Source: Elusimicrobiota bacterium | GTDB taxonomy: Bacteria > Elusimicrobiota > Elusimicrobia > FEN-1173 | NCBI GenBank assembly: GCA_016715645.1 | Contig: JADJZR010000004.1 | Span: 101,269 to 165,268, forward strand | Reading direction: 5' to 3' | DNA: 64,000 bases | Part shown: one piece after another, positions 1 through 10,617 of the stretch | Position numbering within the stretch: the first letter of the stretch is position 1 | Layout of the letters: the number at the start of each line of letters is the position of its first letter | Notes under the pieces: generated by a model | What the model was told of the DNA's origin: nothing | The model's database searches: none | What the model saw: only the letters and a program-made list of their open reading frames with translations | Translations under genes and position numbers: made by a program

Positions 1-98
1 GCCCATTGGATTGCCGACCCGGCGGCGACGGTGTTTGAAAGCGACGGATTCGGCGGGCGCTGTTCGGTTTTGATCGTTAAATAAAAGGAGACAGAGTT

Positions 99-1262
99 AT
101 GGCGTTTTTTATAGGTCGTGATCGCGAAGCCCGGCGGGCCTACGGGTTCGACGAGGTGGCCCTGGTGCCCGGCACCGTAACGGTGAATCCCGAAGACACG
201 GACGTGTCCACACGGATCGGATCGGTCAAACTTCAAGTCCCCATTTTGGCGAGCGCCATGGACGGCGTGGTGGATGTGGAGTTTGCCGTGGCCATGGGCC
301 GGTTGGGCGGGTTGGCGGTGTTGAATTTGGACGGGGTTCAAACTCGTTACGAAAACCCCAAACCCCTCTTTAAGAAAATTTCGGAAGCCACCCCGGAAGA
401 GGCCACGCGGCTGGTTCAAGAAATTTACAAGGAGCCGTTCAAAGAAAAACTGGTGGCTCAGCGGGTGAAAGAGATTAAAGCGGGCGGGGCGTTGTGCGCG
501 GTCTCGTCGATCCCCCAAAACGCCGAGAAAGTGGGGAAAATCGCGGCCGACGCGGGGGCCGATTTGTTCGTGGTTCAAGGCACGGTGACCACGGCTCGGT
601 TCAAGTCGTCGAAGGGGCCGGTGGTGGATCTGGCCAAGTTTTGCGAGCGGATGAAAATTCCCGTCATCATTGGCAACGTCGTTACCTACAGCGCCGCTTT
701 GGAACTGATGGAAACGGGCGTGTCCGCGTTGTTGGTGGGCGTGGGACCCGGGGCGGCGTGTACCAGCCGGGGGGTGTTGGGGTTGGGTGTGCCGCAGGTC
801 ACGGCGACCATCGATTGCGCGGCCGCCCGGGACTTTTATTTCAAGAAAACCGGCCGTTACGTGACCATTATAACGGACGGGGGCATGACCACCGGCGGCG
901 ACGTCTGCAAGGCTTTCGCCTCGGGAGCCGACGCGGTGATGGTGGGCTCGGTGTTCGCCCGGGCCGAAGAGGCGCCGGGGCGGGGATTCCATTGGGGCAT
1001 GGCCACGCCACACCACAATTTACCCCGGGGCACACGCGTTCGCGTGGGGACCGTGGGAAGTCTAAAACAAATTCTTTTTGGACCCGCGTCGCTCGACGAC
1101 GGAACCCAAAACTTTGTGGGCGCGATCCGCACCTGCATGGGCGCTGTGGGCGCGACCACCATGAAAGAGTTTCAACTCACTGAAATTATCATCGCGCCCG
1201 AAATTAAGCACGAGGGCAAGCTGTTTCAACAGGCCCAAAAAGTGGGCATGGGGAAGAAGTAG
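99..1262 (+). CDS. IMP dehydrogenase family protein lacking the CBS pair (GuaB3/TIGR01304-like)
   Basis: 387-aa ORF. IMPDH-like N-terminus (ILASAMDGVV) and catalytic-loop-like GVGPGAACTSRG. No CBS insertion. SD-like aaaaggag upstream. Confidence 0.8.
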   Translation: MAFFIGRDREARRAYGFDEVALVPGTVTVNPEDTDVSTRIGSVKLQVPILASAMDGVVDVEFAVAMGRLGGLAVLNLDGVQTRYENPKPLFKKISEATPEEATRLVQEIYKEPFKEKLVAQRVKEIKAGGALCAVSSIPQNAEKVGKIAADAGADLFVVQGTVTTARFKSSKGPVVDLAKFCERMKIPVIIGNVVTYSAALELMETGVSALLVGVGPGAACTSRGVLGLGVPQVTATIDCAAARDFYFKKTGRYVTIITDGGMTTGGDVCKAFASGADAVMVGSVFARAEEAPGRGFHWGMATPHHNLPRGTRVRVGTVGSLKQILFGPASLDDGTQNFVGAIRTCMGAVGATTMKEFQLTEIIIAPEIKHEGKLFQQAQKVGMGKK

Positions 1263-1275
1263 AGGGGGATATCCA

Positions 1276-1692
1276 ATGAAAGTGGAACTGTTTGCGTTGT
1301 GCGATGCGGCCACCGAAAGCGGCGGCAAGTTGAACGTGTTGGGAATTTTCGATGTGATGGCGGGGCCGGACCTTCCGTTTTTTCACCCGGCGTGCGCGGT
1401 GGCGATCCGCCTTCGGTTTAAACGCATTGAATCGGGAACCCATCGGGTGAAGTTGGATATTGTGGATTTGGACGGTCGTCACACGGTCCCTTCATTTGAA
1501 ACCACGGTGACTGTCCAGTCGGGGGATGAAGTCGATTCGTCAGTGGCCAACCTGTTGTTGAATTTTCAGCAGTTGCGGTTTGATCGTTACGGCCGCTATT
1601 CCATCGATTTGGCGGTGGACGGTCGTCAAGAAGGGTCTTTGCCGGTCTATTTGCGGCCGGTCACGTCCCCCTCAGAAAAACCGGCCCACTGA
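1276..1692 (+). CDS. hypothetical protein (138 aa) between the guaB3-like gene and the MTase-guaA ORF
   Basis: ATG 13 nt after the upstream stop. No recognisable motifs. Tight spacing suggests co-transcription. Confidence 0.5.
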   Translation: MKVELFALCDAATESGGKLNVLGIFDVMAGPDLPFFHPACAVAIRLRFKRIESGTHRVKLDIVDLDGRHTVPSFETTVTVQSGDEVDSSVANLLLNFQQLRFDRYGRYSIDLAVDGRQEGSLPVYLRPVTSPSEKPAH

Positions 1693-1697
1693 TTCGT

Positions 1698-4451
1698 GTG
1701 ACAACCGCGACGGTCAAGTCCGCGGGATGGGCCGATTTGCCCGATACCGTGTGGGACGAGGTGTGCGTGGGGGGGGCCTGGGGGTTTCAGGCCACGTCGT
1801 CGTTTTGGACGGCGAAACAACGGCAGGCGTGTTCTTTGCACGAGGTGTCGTATCGGGCCTGTTTTAAGCCGCAACTGCCGCGCTTTTTCATTGAACGGCT
1901 GACGGAACCAGGCGGGCGGGTGTATGATCCTTTCTCGGGGCGGGGAACCACGGGTCTGGAGGCGGGGCTCCTTGGTCGAACGCCGGTTCTAAACGACGCG
2001 AACCCCCTGGGCGCGATTTTGGCGAAACCTCGGTTTTTTGTTCCCGACCCGCAAGCGGTGGAACAGAGGCTTCGTTCCTTGGCGTGGGGCGAACAACGGT
2101 CGGCCGACCGGGATTTGTCCATGTTTTACCACCCGAAAACGGAATCGGAGATCATGGTTCTTCGAACCTATCTCAATAATCGGCGGGAGGCGGGTCAAGA
2201 AGACGATGTGGACCGGTGGATTCGGATGGTGGCCACAAACCGATTGACGGGACACTCGGCTGGATTTTTTTCGGTGTATTCACTGCCGCCCAACCAGGCG
2301 GCGTCGCCCCAAAGCCAGTTAAAAATAAACACCCGGCTCCGTCAGGCGCCGGAACCCCGGGACGTGGCGCGAATCATTCTTAAAAAGTCCCGGCAATTGG
2401 TGGCCGATCTGTCCCGGTCCGATATGGATCGGTTAGCCGAGGCAGGCCGAGCGGGGTTGTTTTTCTCTGAGGACGCCCAGCGGACGTCCGGTCTTTCGTC
2501 GAATTCGGTGGATCTGGTGGTCACCTCGCCGCCGTTTTTGGATGTGGTGCAATACGCCCAGGACAATTGGCTGAGGTTTTGGTTCAACGGTATCGACGAA
2601 AAAGAAGTGGGCGGGCGGATGTCGATGCAGCGAACCCTTGAAGAATGGTCCCGAACCATGGGCGACGTGTTTGTCGAACTGTTTCGAGTGGTTCGGTCCG
2701 GCGGGTGGGTGGCGTTTGAGGTGGGCGAAGTGCGCAAAGGGACAGTCCGGCTGGAAGAGGCCGTTGTTCCGGTGGGCATCGCGGCTGGGTTTCGGTTTGC
2801 GGGGGTTTTAGTGAACCAACAGACATTTACGAAAACGTCCCAGATTTGGGGCATTGACAACAACGCCAAGGGCACGAACACGAACCGAATCGCTCTCTTT
2901 CAAAAAAATAAAACAGAGGCCTTTATGATCGTTATTCTTGATTTCGGGTCCCAATACACTCAATTGATCGCCCGCCGAATACGGGAAGCCAACGTGTTTT
3001 GCGAGATTCATCCGTTCAACTATTCGGCGGAAAAGATCCGCACGTTGGACCCTAAAGGGATTATTTTGTCCGGCGGTCCCGCCAGCGTGTATGCCAAAAT
3101 CGCGCCTTTACCGGACCCGAAAATCTTCGAATTGGGCGTTCCGATGTTGGGCATTTGTTACGGATTGCAGGTGATGGTCAACCATTTCGGCGGCAAGGTG
3201 TCCCGGGCGGCCCGGCGGGAATACGGTCCTGCGGACATTCAGGTCGTGGCGGACAATCCTCTTTTTCAGGATTTGGGCGAGCGGATTCCGGTTTGGATGA
3301 GCCACGGCGACCACGCGGAGCGGATTCCGACATCGTTTTCCGTTTTGGCCCAAACGGCCAACGCCCCGTGCGTGGCCCTTCATCACAAAGAGCGGAACCT
3401 TTTTGCCGTGCAATTTCATCCAGAAGTCCACCACACGCCCCAGGGCAAAGAGATTTTGGCCAACTTCCTGTTTCGGGTCTGCGGCCAAAAGCCCGATTGG
3501 ACCATGACCTCTTTTGCCGAGGAACAAACCCGAGCTGTGCGCGAGCGGGTGGGCAAGGAAAAGGTTATTTTGGGGCTGTCCGGCGGGGTGGACTCATCGG
3601 TGGCGGCGGCGCTGTTGCACCGGGCGTTGGGCAAACAGCTGATTTGTATTTTCGTGAACAACGGCCTTTTGCGCGCTGGGGAAGAAGAGCGGGTGCGCAC
3701 GGTGTTCGGCAAAGCCCAGGGGTATGTGACTCACATCATCGACGCCCGGGCGCGGTTCCTGAAAAAATTGAAGGGTGTGAGGGATCCCGAAAGAAAACGC
3801 AAGATCATCGGCCACGAATTTATCAAGGTGTTCCAAGAAAACGCGAAAAAGTTGAAGGGCGTCAAATTCTTGGCCCAAGGCACCCTTTACCCCGACGTCA
3901 TTGAAAGCGTTTCGGTGAAAGGCCCGTCAGCGGTGATCAAAACCCACCACAACGTGGGCGGTCTTCCGGCCAAAATGAAAATGACGTTGGTGGAACCCCT
4001 GCGATTTTTGTTTAAAGACGAGGTTCGCGCGCTGGGCCGAACCTTGGGGTTGCCCGACGAGATCTTGTATCGCCAGCCGTTTCCGGGGCCGGGGTTGGCG
4101 GTGCGGGTGTTGGGGGACCTCACTGAAGAAAAACTGCGCATGGCCCGTGAATCCGATTCGATCGTGGAAGAAGAGATCCGGGCGGCGGGTCTTTACGACA
4201 AGTTGTGGCAGGCGTTTACGGTGTTTTTGCCGGTCAACAGCGTGGGCGTGATGGGCGACGAGCGCACGTATCAAAACGCGGTGGCGATCCGGGCGGTGAA
4301 CTCGGTGGACGCCATGACCGCCGACTGGGCCCGGTTGCCTGACGACGTTTTGGCCAAAATGTCGACGCGCATCATCAACGAAGTGCGCGGCATTAACCGG
4401 GTGGTGTACGACATTTCGTCCAAACCCCCCGCCACCATCGAGTGGGAATAA
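1698..4451 (+). CDS. in-frame fusion ORF: N-terminal SAM-dependent DNA (N4-C/N6-A) methyltransferase-like domain (~409 aa) + GMP synthase
   Basis: Single uninterrupted 917-aa ORF from GTG 1698. N-part has MTase motif I ([20 protein letters not shown]) and motif IV (VVTSPPF). No in-frame stop before the guaA start at 2925. Confidence 0.6.
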   Translation: MTTATVKSAGWADLPDTVWDEVCVGGAWGFQATSSFWTAKQRQACSLHEVSYRACFKPQLPRFFIERLTEPGGRVYDPFSGRGTTGLEAGLLGRTPVLNDANPLGAILAKPRFFVPDPQAVEQRLRSLAWGEQRSADRDLSMFYHPKTESEIMVLRTYLNNRREAGQEDDVDRWIRMVATNRLTGHSAGFFSVYSLPPNQAASPQSQLKINTRLRQAPEPRDVARIILKKSRQLVADLSRSDMDRLAEAGRAGLFFSEDAQRTSGLSSNSVDLVVTSPPFLDVVQYAQDNWLRFWFNGIDEKEVGGRMSMQRTLEEWSRTMGDVFVELFRVVRSGGWVAFEVGEVRKGTVRLEEAVVPVGIAAGFRFAGVLVNQQTFTKTSQIWGIDNNAKGTNTNRIALFQKNKTEAFMIVILDFGSQYTQLIARRIREANVFCEIHPFNYSAEKIRTLDPKGIILSGGPASVYAKIAPLPDPKIFELGVPMLGICYGLQVMVNHFGGKVSRAARREYGPADIQVVADNPLFQDLGERIPVWMSHGDHAERIPTSFSVLAQTANAPCVALHHKERNLFAVQFHPEVHHTPQGKEILANFLFRVCGQKPDWTMTSFAEEQTRAVRERVGKEKVILGLSGGVDSSVAAALLHRALGKQLICIFVNNGLLRAGEEERVRTVFGKAQGYVTHIIDARARFLKKLKGVRDPERKRKIIGHEFIKVFQENAKKLKGVKFLAQGTLYPDVIESVSVKGPSAVIKTHHNVGGLPAKMKMTLVEPLRFLFKDEVRALGRTLGLPDEILYRQPFPGPGLAVRVLGDLTEEKLRMARESDSIVEEEIRAAGLYDKLWQAFTVFLPVNSVGVMGDERTYQNAVAIRAVNSVDAMTADWARLPDDVLAKMSTRIINEVRGINRVVYDISSKPPATIEWE
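2925..4451 (+). CDS. guaA: GMP synthase (glutamine-hydrolysing); canonical internal start of the fusion ORF
   Basis: [18 protein letters not shown] GATase start preceded by agagg SD at 2914-2918. GATase Cys (GICYG) and PP-loop SGGVDSS. 508 aa, the typical GuaA length. Confidence 0.9.
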   Translation: MIVILDFGSQYTQLIARRIREANVFCEIHPFNYSAEKIRTLDPKGIILSGGPASVYAKIAPLPDPKIFELGVPMLGICYGLQVMVNHFGGKVSRAARREYGPADIQVVADNPLFQDLGERIPVWMSHGDHAERIPTSFSVLAQTANAPCVALHHKERNLFAVQFHPEVHHTPQGKEILANFLFRVCGQKPDWTMTSFAEEQTRAVRERVGKEKVILGLSGGVDSSVAAALLHRALGKQLICIFVNNGLLRAGEEERVRTVFGKAQGYVTHIIDARARFLKKLKGVRDPERKRKIIGHEFIKVFQENAKKLKGVKFLAQGTLYPDVIESVSVKGPSAVIKTHHNVGGLPAKMKMTLVEPLRFLFKDEVRALGRTLGLPDEILYRQPFPGPGLAVRVLGDLTEEKLRMARESDSIVEEEIRAAGLYDKLWQAFTVFLPVNSVGVMGDERTYQNAVAIRAVNSVDAMTADWARLPDDVLAKMSTRIINEVRGINRVVYDISSKPPATIEWE

Positions 4452-4474
4452 AGACCAAAAAGGGAGCGTCTTGT

Positions 4475-5362
4475 ATGATTCAAACAGCCGATGTGCCCAC
4501 GTTGCCATTTAAAGTGTGGACCCGGGGAAAAGTCCGGGACGTTTATGATTTGGGAGACCATCTCTTGATTGTGGCCACGGACCGCATTTCGGCTTACGAT
4601 TTTGTTTTGCCCACGCCGGTGCCGGACAAGGGCAAAGTCTTGTGCCAAACCTCCAACTTTTGGTTCGCCAAGCTGGCGGACGTCTGCCCCCACCATCTGG
4701 TGGCCACGGAGGTGGCGAAATTTCCAGACGACGTTCGTCGGTCCTGCGCGGGGTTGGACGGGCGCACCGTTCTGGTAAAAAAAGCTAAACGGGTGGACAT
4801 CGAGTGCGTGGTGCGGGGCTATTTGGCCGGGTCCGGGTGGAAGGAATACAAGGAAAGCCAATCGGTGTGCGGGGTGAAACTGCCGGCGGGATTGCAGGAA
4901 TCGTCCAAACTGCCCGCGCCTATTTTTACGCCAGCCACCAAGGCCCCGGACGGCGAACACGACGAAAACATTTCTTTTGAGCGGATGGTCGCGCGGGTGG
5001 GGGCGGATTGGGCCCAGCGGCTTCGGGACGTGAGCCTCAAAATCTTTAATGCCGCGTCGGCCCACGCCGAGTCCAAGGGGTTTATTCTGGCGGACACCAA
5101 GTTCGAGTTCGGTGAACGGGACGGAAAAATTATCTGGATCGACGAAGCCCTCACGCCGGACTCGTCGCGGTTTTGGGACAAGGCCGCGCACCAGGCCGGG
5201 CGGTCCCAGGACTCGTTCGACAAACAGTTCGTGCGGGACTATTTGGTCAAAATCAAATGGAACAAACAGCCCCCCGTCCCGACGTTGCCCGACGACGTGG
5301 TCCAAAAAACCCGTGAAAAATACATCGCCGCCTACGAGCGGATAACGGGAAAAACATTTTAA
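4475..5362 (+). CDS. purC: SAICAR synthetase
   Basis: ATG 4475 after aaagggag SD. Conserved N-terminus, ~295 aa. Confidence 0.9.
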   Translation: MIQTADVPTLPFKVWTRGKVRDVYDLGDHLLIVATDRISAYDFVLPTPVPDKGKVLCQTSNFWFAKLADVCPHHLVATEVAKFPDDVRRSCAGLDGRTVLVKKAKRVDIECVVRGYLAGSGWKEYKESQSVCGVKLPAGLQESSKLPAPIFTPATKAPDGEHDENISFERMVARVGADWAQRLRDVSLKIFNAASAHAESKGFILADTKFEFGERDGKIIWIDEALTPDSSRFWDKAAHQAGRSQDSFDKQFVRDYLVKIKWNKQPPVPTLPDDVVQKTREKYIAAYERITGKTF

Positions 5363-5541
5363 TGACTGACGTCATTCCGTTTTAACCATCATCGTTCCGG
5401 AATGGCGGGTAAAAAGGCATCGACGAGACTTGGCGGATGCGTTTTCTTTAAGATTCCAGGTTGGAACGTTAACGGTGGCGCAACGGATCCCCGGTTTTGA
5501 GCGATTTCGGAAAATACATTGAGTTTTGATGTGAGGGAAAA

Positions 5542-6003
5542 ATGAATTGGCGCGTATTGGTGCACATGAAAGAATCGTTTGCCGATCACCACGGTGACGG
5601 CGTTAAAAAAGAAGCCCGTTTGGCGGGCGTGCTCGGTGTGAGCAAGGCCCGGGTGGGGCAGGCTTATGAGTTAACGGGGTCGATCCCAGAACCCACGGTG
5701 AAATCTTTGGCCGATCGGCTGTTGGCGGATCCGGTGACTCAAACGGCTGTCGTTCTCCCCGCGGACCGCCCGGCGCGCCTGGCCAAAGGACGCCGCGCGG
5801 AAGTTTGGTTTAAAAAGGGCGTGGCCGATCCCGTGGCCGACACAGTCCGGCTGGCGGCGGCGGATTTGGGCGTGAAAGGCTTGGACGAAATTCGCTCGGG
5901 CCGGGTCTTTGATTTCTACGGTTCCGTCACGCCCGGCGCGGTTCGACGTTTTTGTGAAGACCATTTGATGAATCCGTTGGTTCAAACCGTGGAGGTCGTG
6001 TGA
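5542..6003 (+). CDS. purS: FGAM synthase PurS subunit, tandem-duplicated (two PurS-like repeats, 153 aa)
   Basis: First half VLVHMKESFADHHGDGVKKEARLAGV matches PurS. Second half is another PurS-like repeat (GVKGLDEIRSGRVFDFYGSV). Stop overlaps purL GTG start. Confidence 0.8.
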   Translation: MNWRVLVHMKESFADHHGDGVKKEARLAGVLGVSKARVGQAYELTGSIPEPTVKSLADRLLADPVTQTAVVLPADRPARLAKGRRAEVWFKKGVADPVADTVRLAAADLGVKGLDEIRSGRVFDFYGSVTPGAVRRFCEDHLMNPLVQTVEVV

Positions 6004-8423
6004 CAGGGGAAACACGAACAGTGGATTTTCTTGCGTTGGATTCGGACGGGTTGGTTCGTCTCAGCAAAGAGCGGGGGCTATCGTTGAACGCCGAAGAAAT
6101 GGGCGCGATCCAGCGTTATTTTGGTACCCAAGGACGAAGTCCCTCGGATCCGGAATTGGAAACTCTGGCTCAAACCTGGTCGGAACATTGCAAACACAAA
6201 ACTTTTCGCGCCGCCGTGCACCATGTGGACGAAGACGCCGCCGGTGTTCAAACAGAAAAAAACTATAAAGATCTCCTGAAAGAAACCATAGTTAAGGTGA
6301 CTGACGAATTGCGCAAACCCTGGTGTTTGTCCGTATTCAAAGACAACGCCGGGATTGTGGACGCCAATTGGGCGGACGGGGAATGGGGTCCCCAGGCGTT
6401 GGCGTTTAAGGTGGAGACCCACAACCATCCTTCGGCGTTGGAGCCTTACGGCGGAGCGGGGACGGGACTAGGGGGCGTGATCCGCGACGTGTTAGGCGCG
6501 GGGTTGGGCGCCAAACCCATTGCCAACACGGATGTGTTTTGTTTTGGCCCGGTGGAGGATGGGGAGAAAAAAACCGGCTCCGGCCTTTCCACCCGACGGA
6601 TTGTGGAAGGCGTGGTGTCGGGGGTGCGGGATTACGGCAACCGGATGGGTATCCCGACGGTCAACGGGGCCGTGGTGTTTGACCCGGATTTTAAGGAAAA
6701 CCCGCTTGTGTTTTGCGGCACCCTGGGGCTGATTCCCCAATCCGCCATTGCCAAAGAAGTTCGGTCGGGCGACCTGATTGTCATGACGGGTGGCCGTGTG
6801 GGGCGCGACGGGATCCACGGCGCCACGTTTTCTTCCGACGCGCTCACCACGGGAATTCCTTCGAGCGTGGTTCAAATCGGCAACCCCATTGTCCAAAAGA
6901 AAATGATGGACGTCCTCTTGCGGGCCCGGGACAAGGGCCTTTATCGTGGCATCACGGACTGCGGAGCGGGCGGGCTGTCGTCGGCGGTCGGAGAAATGGG
7001 CGAAAAAACGGGCGCGCGGGTCCACTTGGAACGGGTGCCGCTGAAATACGACGGCATCGCTCCCTGGGAAATTTGGTTGTCGGAGTCCCAGGAACGCATG
7101 GTGTTGGCGGTTCCCCCGGAAAAGTGGGCCGAGTTGAAAAAGATGTTTGACGACGAAGATGTGGACTGTTCCGACATCGGCACGTTCACCAACGATGGGC
7201 GGCTGATCGTGAAACACGGTCCCCAGGTGTTGGTGGACATGGCGATGGACTTTTTGCACGACGGGGTACCCAAACGGTCCATGGAATCTCGGTGGGCCCC
7301 GCCCCCGGCCGTCCCTTTTCCAGCCCTGGGAACGAAAAAAGCGGACGGGATCGAATCGTCCTTGTTGGCCGTCTTGGCTCAACCCACGGTGGCGTCGAAA
7401 GAATGGGTGGTGCGCCAATACGATCACGAGGTTCAGGGGCGGACGGTGGGAAAACCGTTTGTGGGACCCGCGGGCGTTGGTCCGTCGGACGCGGCGGTCC
7501 TTCAGTTGTCTCCGCGCGAAAAGCGCGGGGTGGCCTTGGGGTGCGGATTGAATCCCCATTACAGCCGATGGGATCCGTACTGGATGGCGGCGTCGGTCCT
7601 TGATGAAGCCGTTCGCAACCTGGTGGCGGTGGGCGTTCGCACGGACCGCATTGCTATTTTGGACAACTTTTGCGGAGGCAATCCGTGGCGGCCAGAAATT
7701 TTGGGCGAACTGGTGCGCACCGCCCAGGCCTGCCACGACGTGGCGCTGGCCTACGGCACGCCGTTTATATCAGGCAAAGATAGTTTGTTTAACGAGTTCG
7801 TGGTAGGGGGATCTCGGCGATCCATTCCAACAACTTTGCTGATATCCGCCCTGTCTTTAGTGGATGATGTTTCCCGTTTGGTGACTATGGATTTGAAAAA
7901 GCCGGGGAACCTGTTGTTTGTGCTGGGGGAAACCCGCGACGAACTGGGCGGTTCCCGATACGGCTTGCATCGGGGAACCCGGGGCGGATCGGTGCCCCGG
8001 TTGGATCCGAAAGAAACCTGGCCCCTTTACGAGGCGCTCAGTTGGGCGATCCACGACGGGTTGGTGGCCTCGTGCCACGACTGTTCGGAAGGCGGGTTGG
8101 GCATCGCCTTGGCGGAAATGGCGATGGGGGGAGGGTTGGGGGCCGTGGTGGATTTGCGCCGGGTTCCGGTATCGGCGTCCTTGTCTTTGGAAAAGCGCTC
8201 GGACAAGGTGCTCTTCTCAGAAAGCAACGGTCGATTTGTGGTCGAGGTGGCCGCCCGCCATCGGCGGGCTTTTATGTCCGTGTTAAAGGGGTTGGTTGTG
8301 GAACAGGTCGGCGAGGTGCGATCGGCGGGTGGTTTGTGCGTCACGGACTTGGGCGCAAAGAAAGCGGTTTGGGCAATGAACGACATCCAATCGGCCTGGA
8401 ACGCAAAGGGAGGCCGGCCATGA
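6000..8423 (+). CDS. purL: FGAM synthase II (small PurL)
   Basis: 807-aa ORF. GTG start overlapping purS stop. Confidence 0.95.
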   Translation: MTGETRTVDFLALDSDGLVRLSKERGLSLNAEEMGAIQRYFGTQGRSPSDPELETLAQTWSEHCKHKTFRAAVHHVDEDAAGVQTEKNYKDLLKETIVKVTDELRKPWCLSVFKDNAGIVDANWADGEWGPQALAFKVETHNHPSALEPYGGAGTGLGGVIRDVLGAGLGAKPIANTDVFCFGPVEDGEKKTGSGLSTRRIVEGVVSGVRDYGNRMGIPTVNGAVVFDPDFKENPLVFCGTLGLIPQSAIAKEVRSGDLIVMTGGRVGRDGIHGATFSSDALTTGIPSSVVQIGNPIVQKKMMDVLLRARDKGLYRGITDCGAGGLSSAVGEMGEKTGARVHLERVPLKYDGIAPWEIWLSESQERMVLAVPPEKWAELKKMFDDEDVDCSDIGTFTNDGRLIVKHGPQVLVDMAMDFLHDGVPKRSMESRWAPPPAVPFPALGTKKADGIESSLLAVLAQPTVASKEWVVRQYDHEVQGRTVGKPFVGPAGVGPSDAAVLQLSPREKRGVALGCGLNPHYSRWDPYWMAASVLDEAVRNLVAVGVRTDRIAILDNFCGGNPWRPEILGELVRTAQACHDVALAYGTPFISGKDSLFNEFVVGGSRRSIPTTLLISALSLVDDVSRLVTMDLKKPGNLLFVLGETRDELGGSRYGLHRGTRGGSVPRLDPKETWPLYEALSWAIHDGLVASCHDCSEGGLGIALAEMAMGGGLGAVVDLRRVPVSASLSLEKRSDKVLFSESNGRFVVEVAARHRRAFMSVLKGLVVEQVGEVRSAGGLCVTDLGAKKAVWAMNDIQSAWNAKGGRP

Positions 8424-9208
8424 CGGTCAAAGCGTTGGTTCTGCGGGCACCGGGGACAAATTGCGATGTGGAAACCTCCTGGGCCCTGGAGGCCGCGGGG
8501 GCGGACCCCCAGCGGGTTCACGTGAACGCTTTGTTGCGGGGCGAGGTGTCGTTGGACGAGTTCGGCATCGTCGTTTTTCCGGGCGGGTTTTCGTTTGGAG
8601 ACGACATCGCGTCAGGAAAAGTGTTGGCCAACCGACTGGTGTATCGCCTGCGCGAACAGTTGGACAATTATTTGTCGTTGGGCCGGCCCATCGTGGGCAT
8701 TTGCAACGGGTTTCAAGTGTTGGTGAAAGCGGGCTTGTTGCCGGGCACGGCGGGCCCGTGGGACGGAACCCCCACGGTGACGCTGACCGACAACGATTCC
8801 GGCCGGTTCGAGTGCCGATGGGTTTATTTAAAAACAACGTCCAAAAAAAGTTTTTGGGTCAAGAGCCTGCCCGACGTTTTTCCTATTCCCGTCGCCCACG
8901 GGGAAGGCAAGTTCGTTGCGCTGAATCACTCGGTTTACAAACAGCTGGAAAAAAACGGCCAGGTCCTATTTCGGTATGTGGACGACCGGGGTCGCAAGGC
9001 CGGATATCCGGCCAACCCGAACGGATCGATGGGCGACGTGGCGGGGATCACCAACGGCGCGGGCAACATCTTGGGCCTGATGCCTCACCCGGAACGAACC
9101 TCGTTCCCGTTTCAAAACGCCCAGTGGACCCGTCAAAAACCGTCCAAAGATGGCGTCGGTCTGCGCCTCTTTAAAAACGCCGTCCGTTACGCGGCCCAGG
9201 TGAACTGA
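8420..9208 (+). CDS. purQ: FGAM synthase I, glutamine amidotransferase subunit
   Basis: ATGA overlap with purL. GATase Cys in GICNGFQ. 262 aa. Confidence 0.9.
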   Translation: MTVKALVLRAPGTNCDVETSWALEAAGADPQRVHVNALLRGEVSLDEFGIVVFPGGFSFGDDIASGKVLANRLVYRLREQLDNYLSLGRPIVGICNGFQVLVKAGLLPGTAGPWDGTPTVTLTDNDSGRFECRWVYLKTTSKKSFWVKSLPDVFPIPVAHGEGKFVALNHSVYKQLEKNGQVLFRYVDDRGRKAGYPANPNGSMGDVAGITNGAGNILGLMPHPERTSFPFQNAQWTRQKPSKDGVGLRLFKNAVRYAAQVN

Positions 9209-9210
9209 TT

Positions 9211-10617
9211 ATGAATCCGACCGTTGTTTCCAGAGATCCGATGGATGTGGTTCATGAAGAGTGCGGCGTTTTTGGGATTTACAACAATAAAGAAGCGGCG
9301 CGGCTGACGTATTTGGGGCTTCAACAGCTCCAGCATCGCGGGCAGGAATCCGCCGGGATTGTCAGTTCTGACGGAGATCGATTTTATTCCCATGTGTCCA
9401 TGGGATTGGTGTCCGACGTGTTTCATCAATCGGCGTTGGACAAGTTAAAAGGCCGCATGGCCATTGGCCATGTGCGTTACGCCACGGCGGGTGCGTCCAG
9501 TTTGCTCAACGCCCAGCCCATCGTGGTGACGACGGCCCGGGGACCTATGGCCATCGGCCACAACGGCAATCTCACCAACGCCATCACCCTGCGAAAAAAA
9601 TTGGAAGCCGAGGGGTCCATTTTTCAAACGTCCTCGGACACCGAAGTGGTTCTTCACCTCATCGCAAAATCGGCGGCTCCGGATTTGGTGGACGCGCTCA
9701 AGGAGGCGTTTGGCCAAGTGACCGGCGCCTACTCGATTGTCCTGCAAACCCCGAAAACCCTGTTCGCTGTGCGGGACCCCTGGGGCGTGCGGCCCCTGCA
9801 CATCGGGCGGTTGAACGGGTCCCACCTGGTCGCCTCAGAGACCTGCGCGTTTAATATTGTGAACGCCAAGCTGGTGCGGGAAGTGCGCCCTGGTGAAATT
9901 GTGGCCATCGACCACCGGGGTGTGCACACGGTGGCCCAACTGCCGGCTCAGTCCCAGGCCCATTGCGTTTTCGAATATGTCTATTTTGCCCGGCCCGACA
10001 GCCATATTTTCGGCAAAAGCGTGTACGAGGTCCGTCGGGAACTGGGCCGCCAACTGGCCCGGGAAGCCCCGGCCAAAGCGGATATCGTGGTGGCTGTTCC
10101 CGATTCGGCGTCGGTGGCCGCGATGGGCTACGCCGAAGAGTCGGGCCTTCCCCTGGAGATGGGTCTGATCCGGAGCCACTACAAGGGGCGCACTTTTATT
10201 GAACCCAAACAGTCCATTCGGGATTTCGGCGCGCGCATGAAATACGCCGCCGTGGTGGAAGCCTTGAAAGGCAAACGGGTGGTGTTGGTGGACGATTCCA
10301 TTGTGCGGGGCACCACCAGCCGCAAACTGATCCGGATGTTGAAACGGGCGGGAGCCAAAGAGATTCACATGCGCATCAGTTCCCCGCCCATGCGGGGGCC
10401 GTGCTTTTACGGGATCGATACGCCGGAATCCAACGAACTGATCGCGACGCGATTGTCGGTGGAAGGCATTCGCCGTTATTTGAACACCACCAGCCTGAAA
10501 TATTTAAGTCTGGAAGGGATGCTTCGTGCGGCGGGAAAAAAGCCGGACGATTTTTGTTCCGCCTGTTTCACGACAAAGTATCCCATCGCGATCACCGATG
10601 GCGGGAGGTTTCAATGA
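9211..10617 (+). CDS. purF: amidophosphoribosyltransferase
   Basis: 468-aa ORF. N-terminal catalytic CGVFGI and the PRTase motif. Confidence 0.95.
   Translation: MNPTVVSRDPMDVVHEECGVFGIYNNKEAARLTYLGLQQLQHRGQESAGIVSSDGDRFYSHVSMGLVSDVFHQSALDKLKGRMAIGHVRYATAGASSLLNAQPIVVTTARGPMAIGHNGNLTNAITLRKKLEAEGSIFQTSSDTEVVLHLIAKSAAPDLVDALKEAFGQVTGAYSIVLQTPKTLFAVRDPWGVRPLHIGRLNGSHLVASETCAFNIVNAKLVREVRPGEIVAIDHRGVHTVAQLPAQSQAHCVFEYVYFARPDSHIFGKSVYEVRRELGRQLAREAPAKADIVVAVPDSASVAAMGYAEESGLPLEMGLIRSHYKGRTFIEPKQSIRDFGARMKYAAVVEALKGKRVVLVDDSIVRGTTSRKLIRMLKRAGAKEIHMRISSPPMRGPCFYGIDTPESNELIATRLSVEGIRRYLNTTSLKYLSLEGMLRAAGKKPDDFCSACFTTKYPIAITDGGRFQ

Noticed and set aside
494-1183. Alternative-frame and antisense ORFs overlapping strong genes (e.g. 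494-1183, 6492-7736 -, 27350-27922 -, 47077-47940 -)
   Set aside because: They are Arg/Gly/Pro-rich, lie inside well-supported conserved genes, and are expected at 63% GC.
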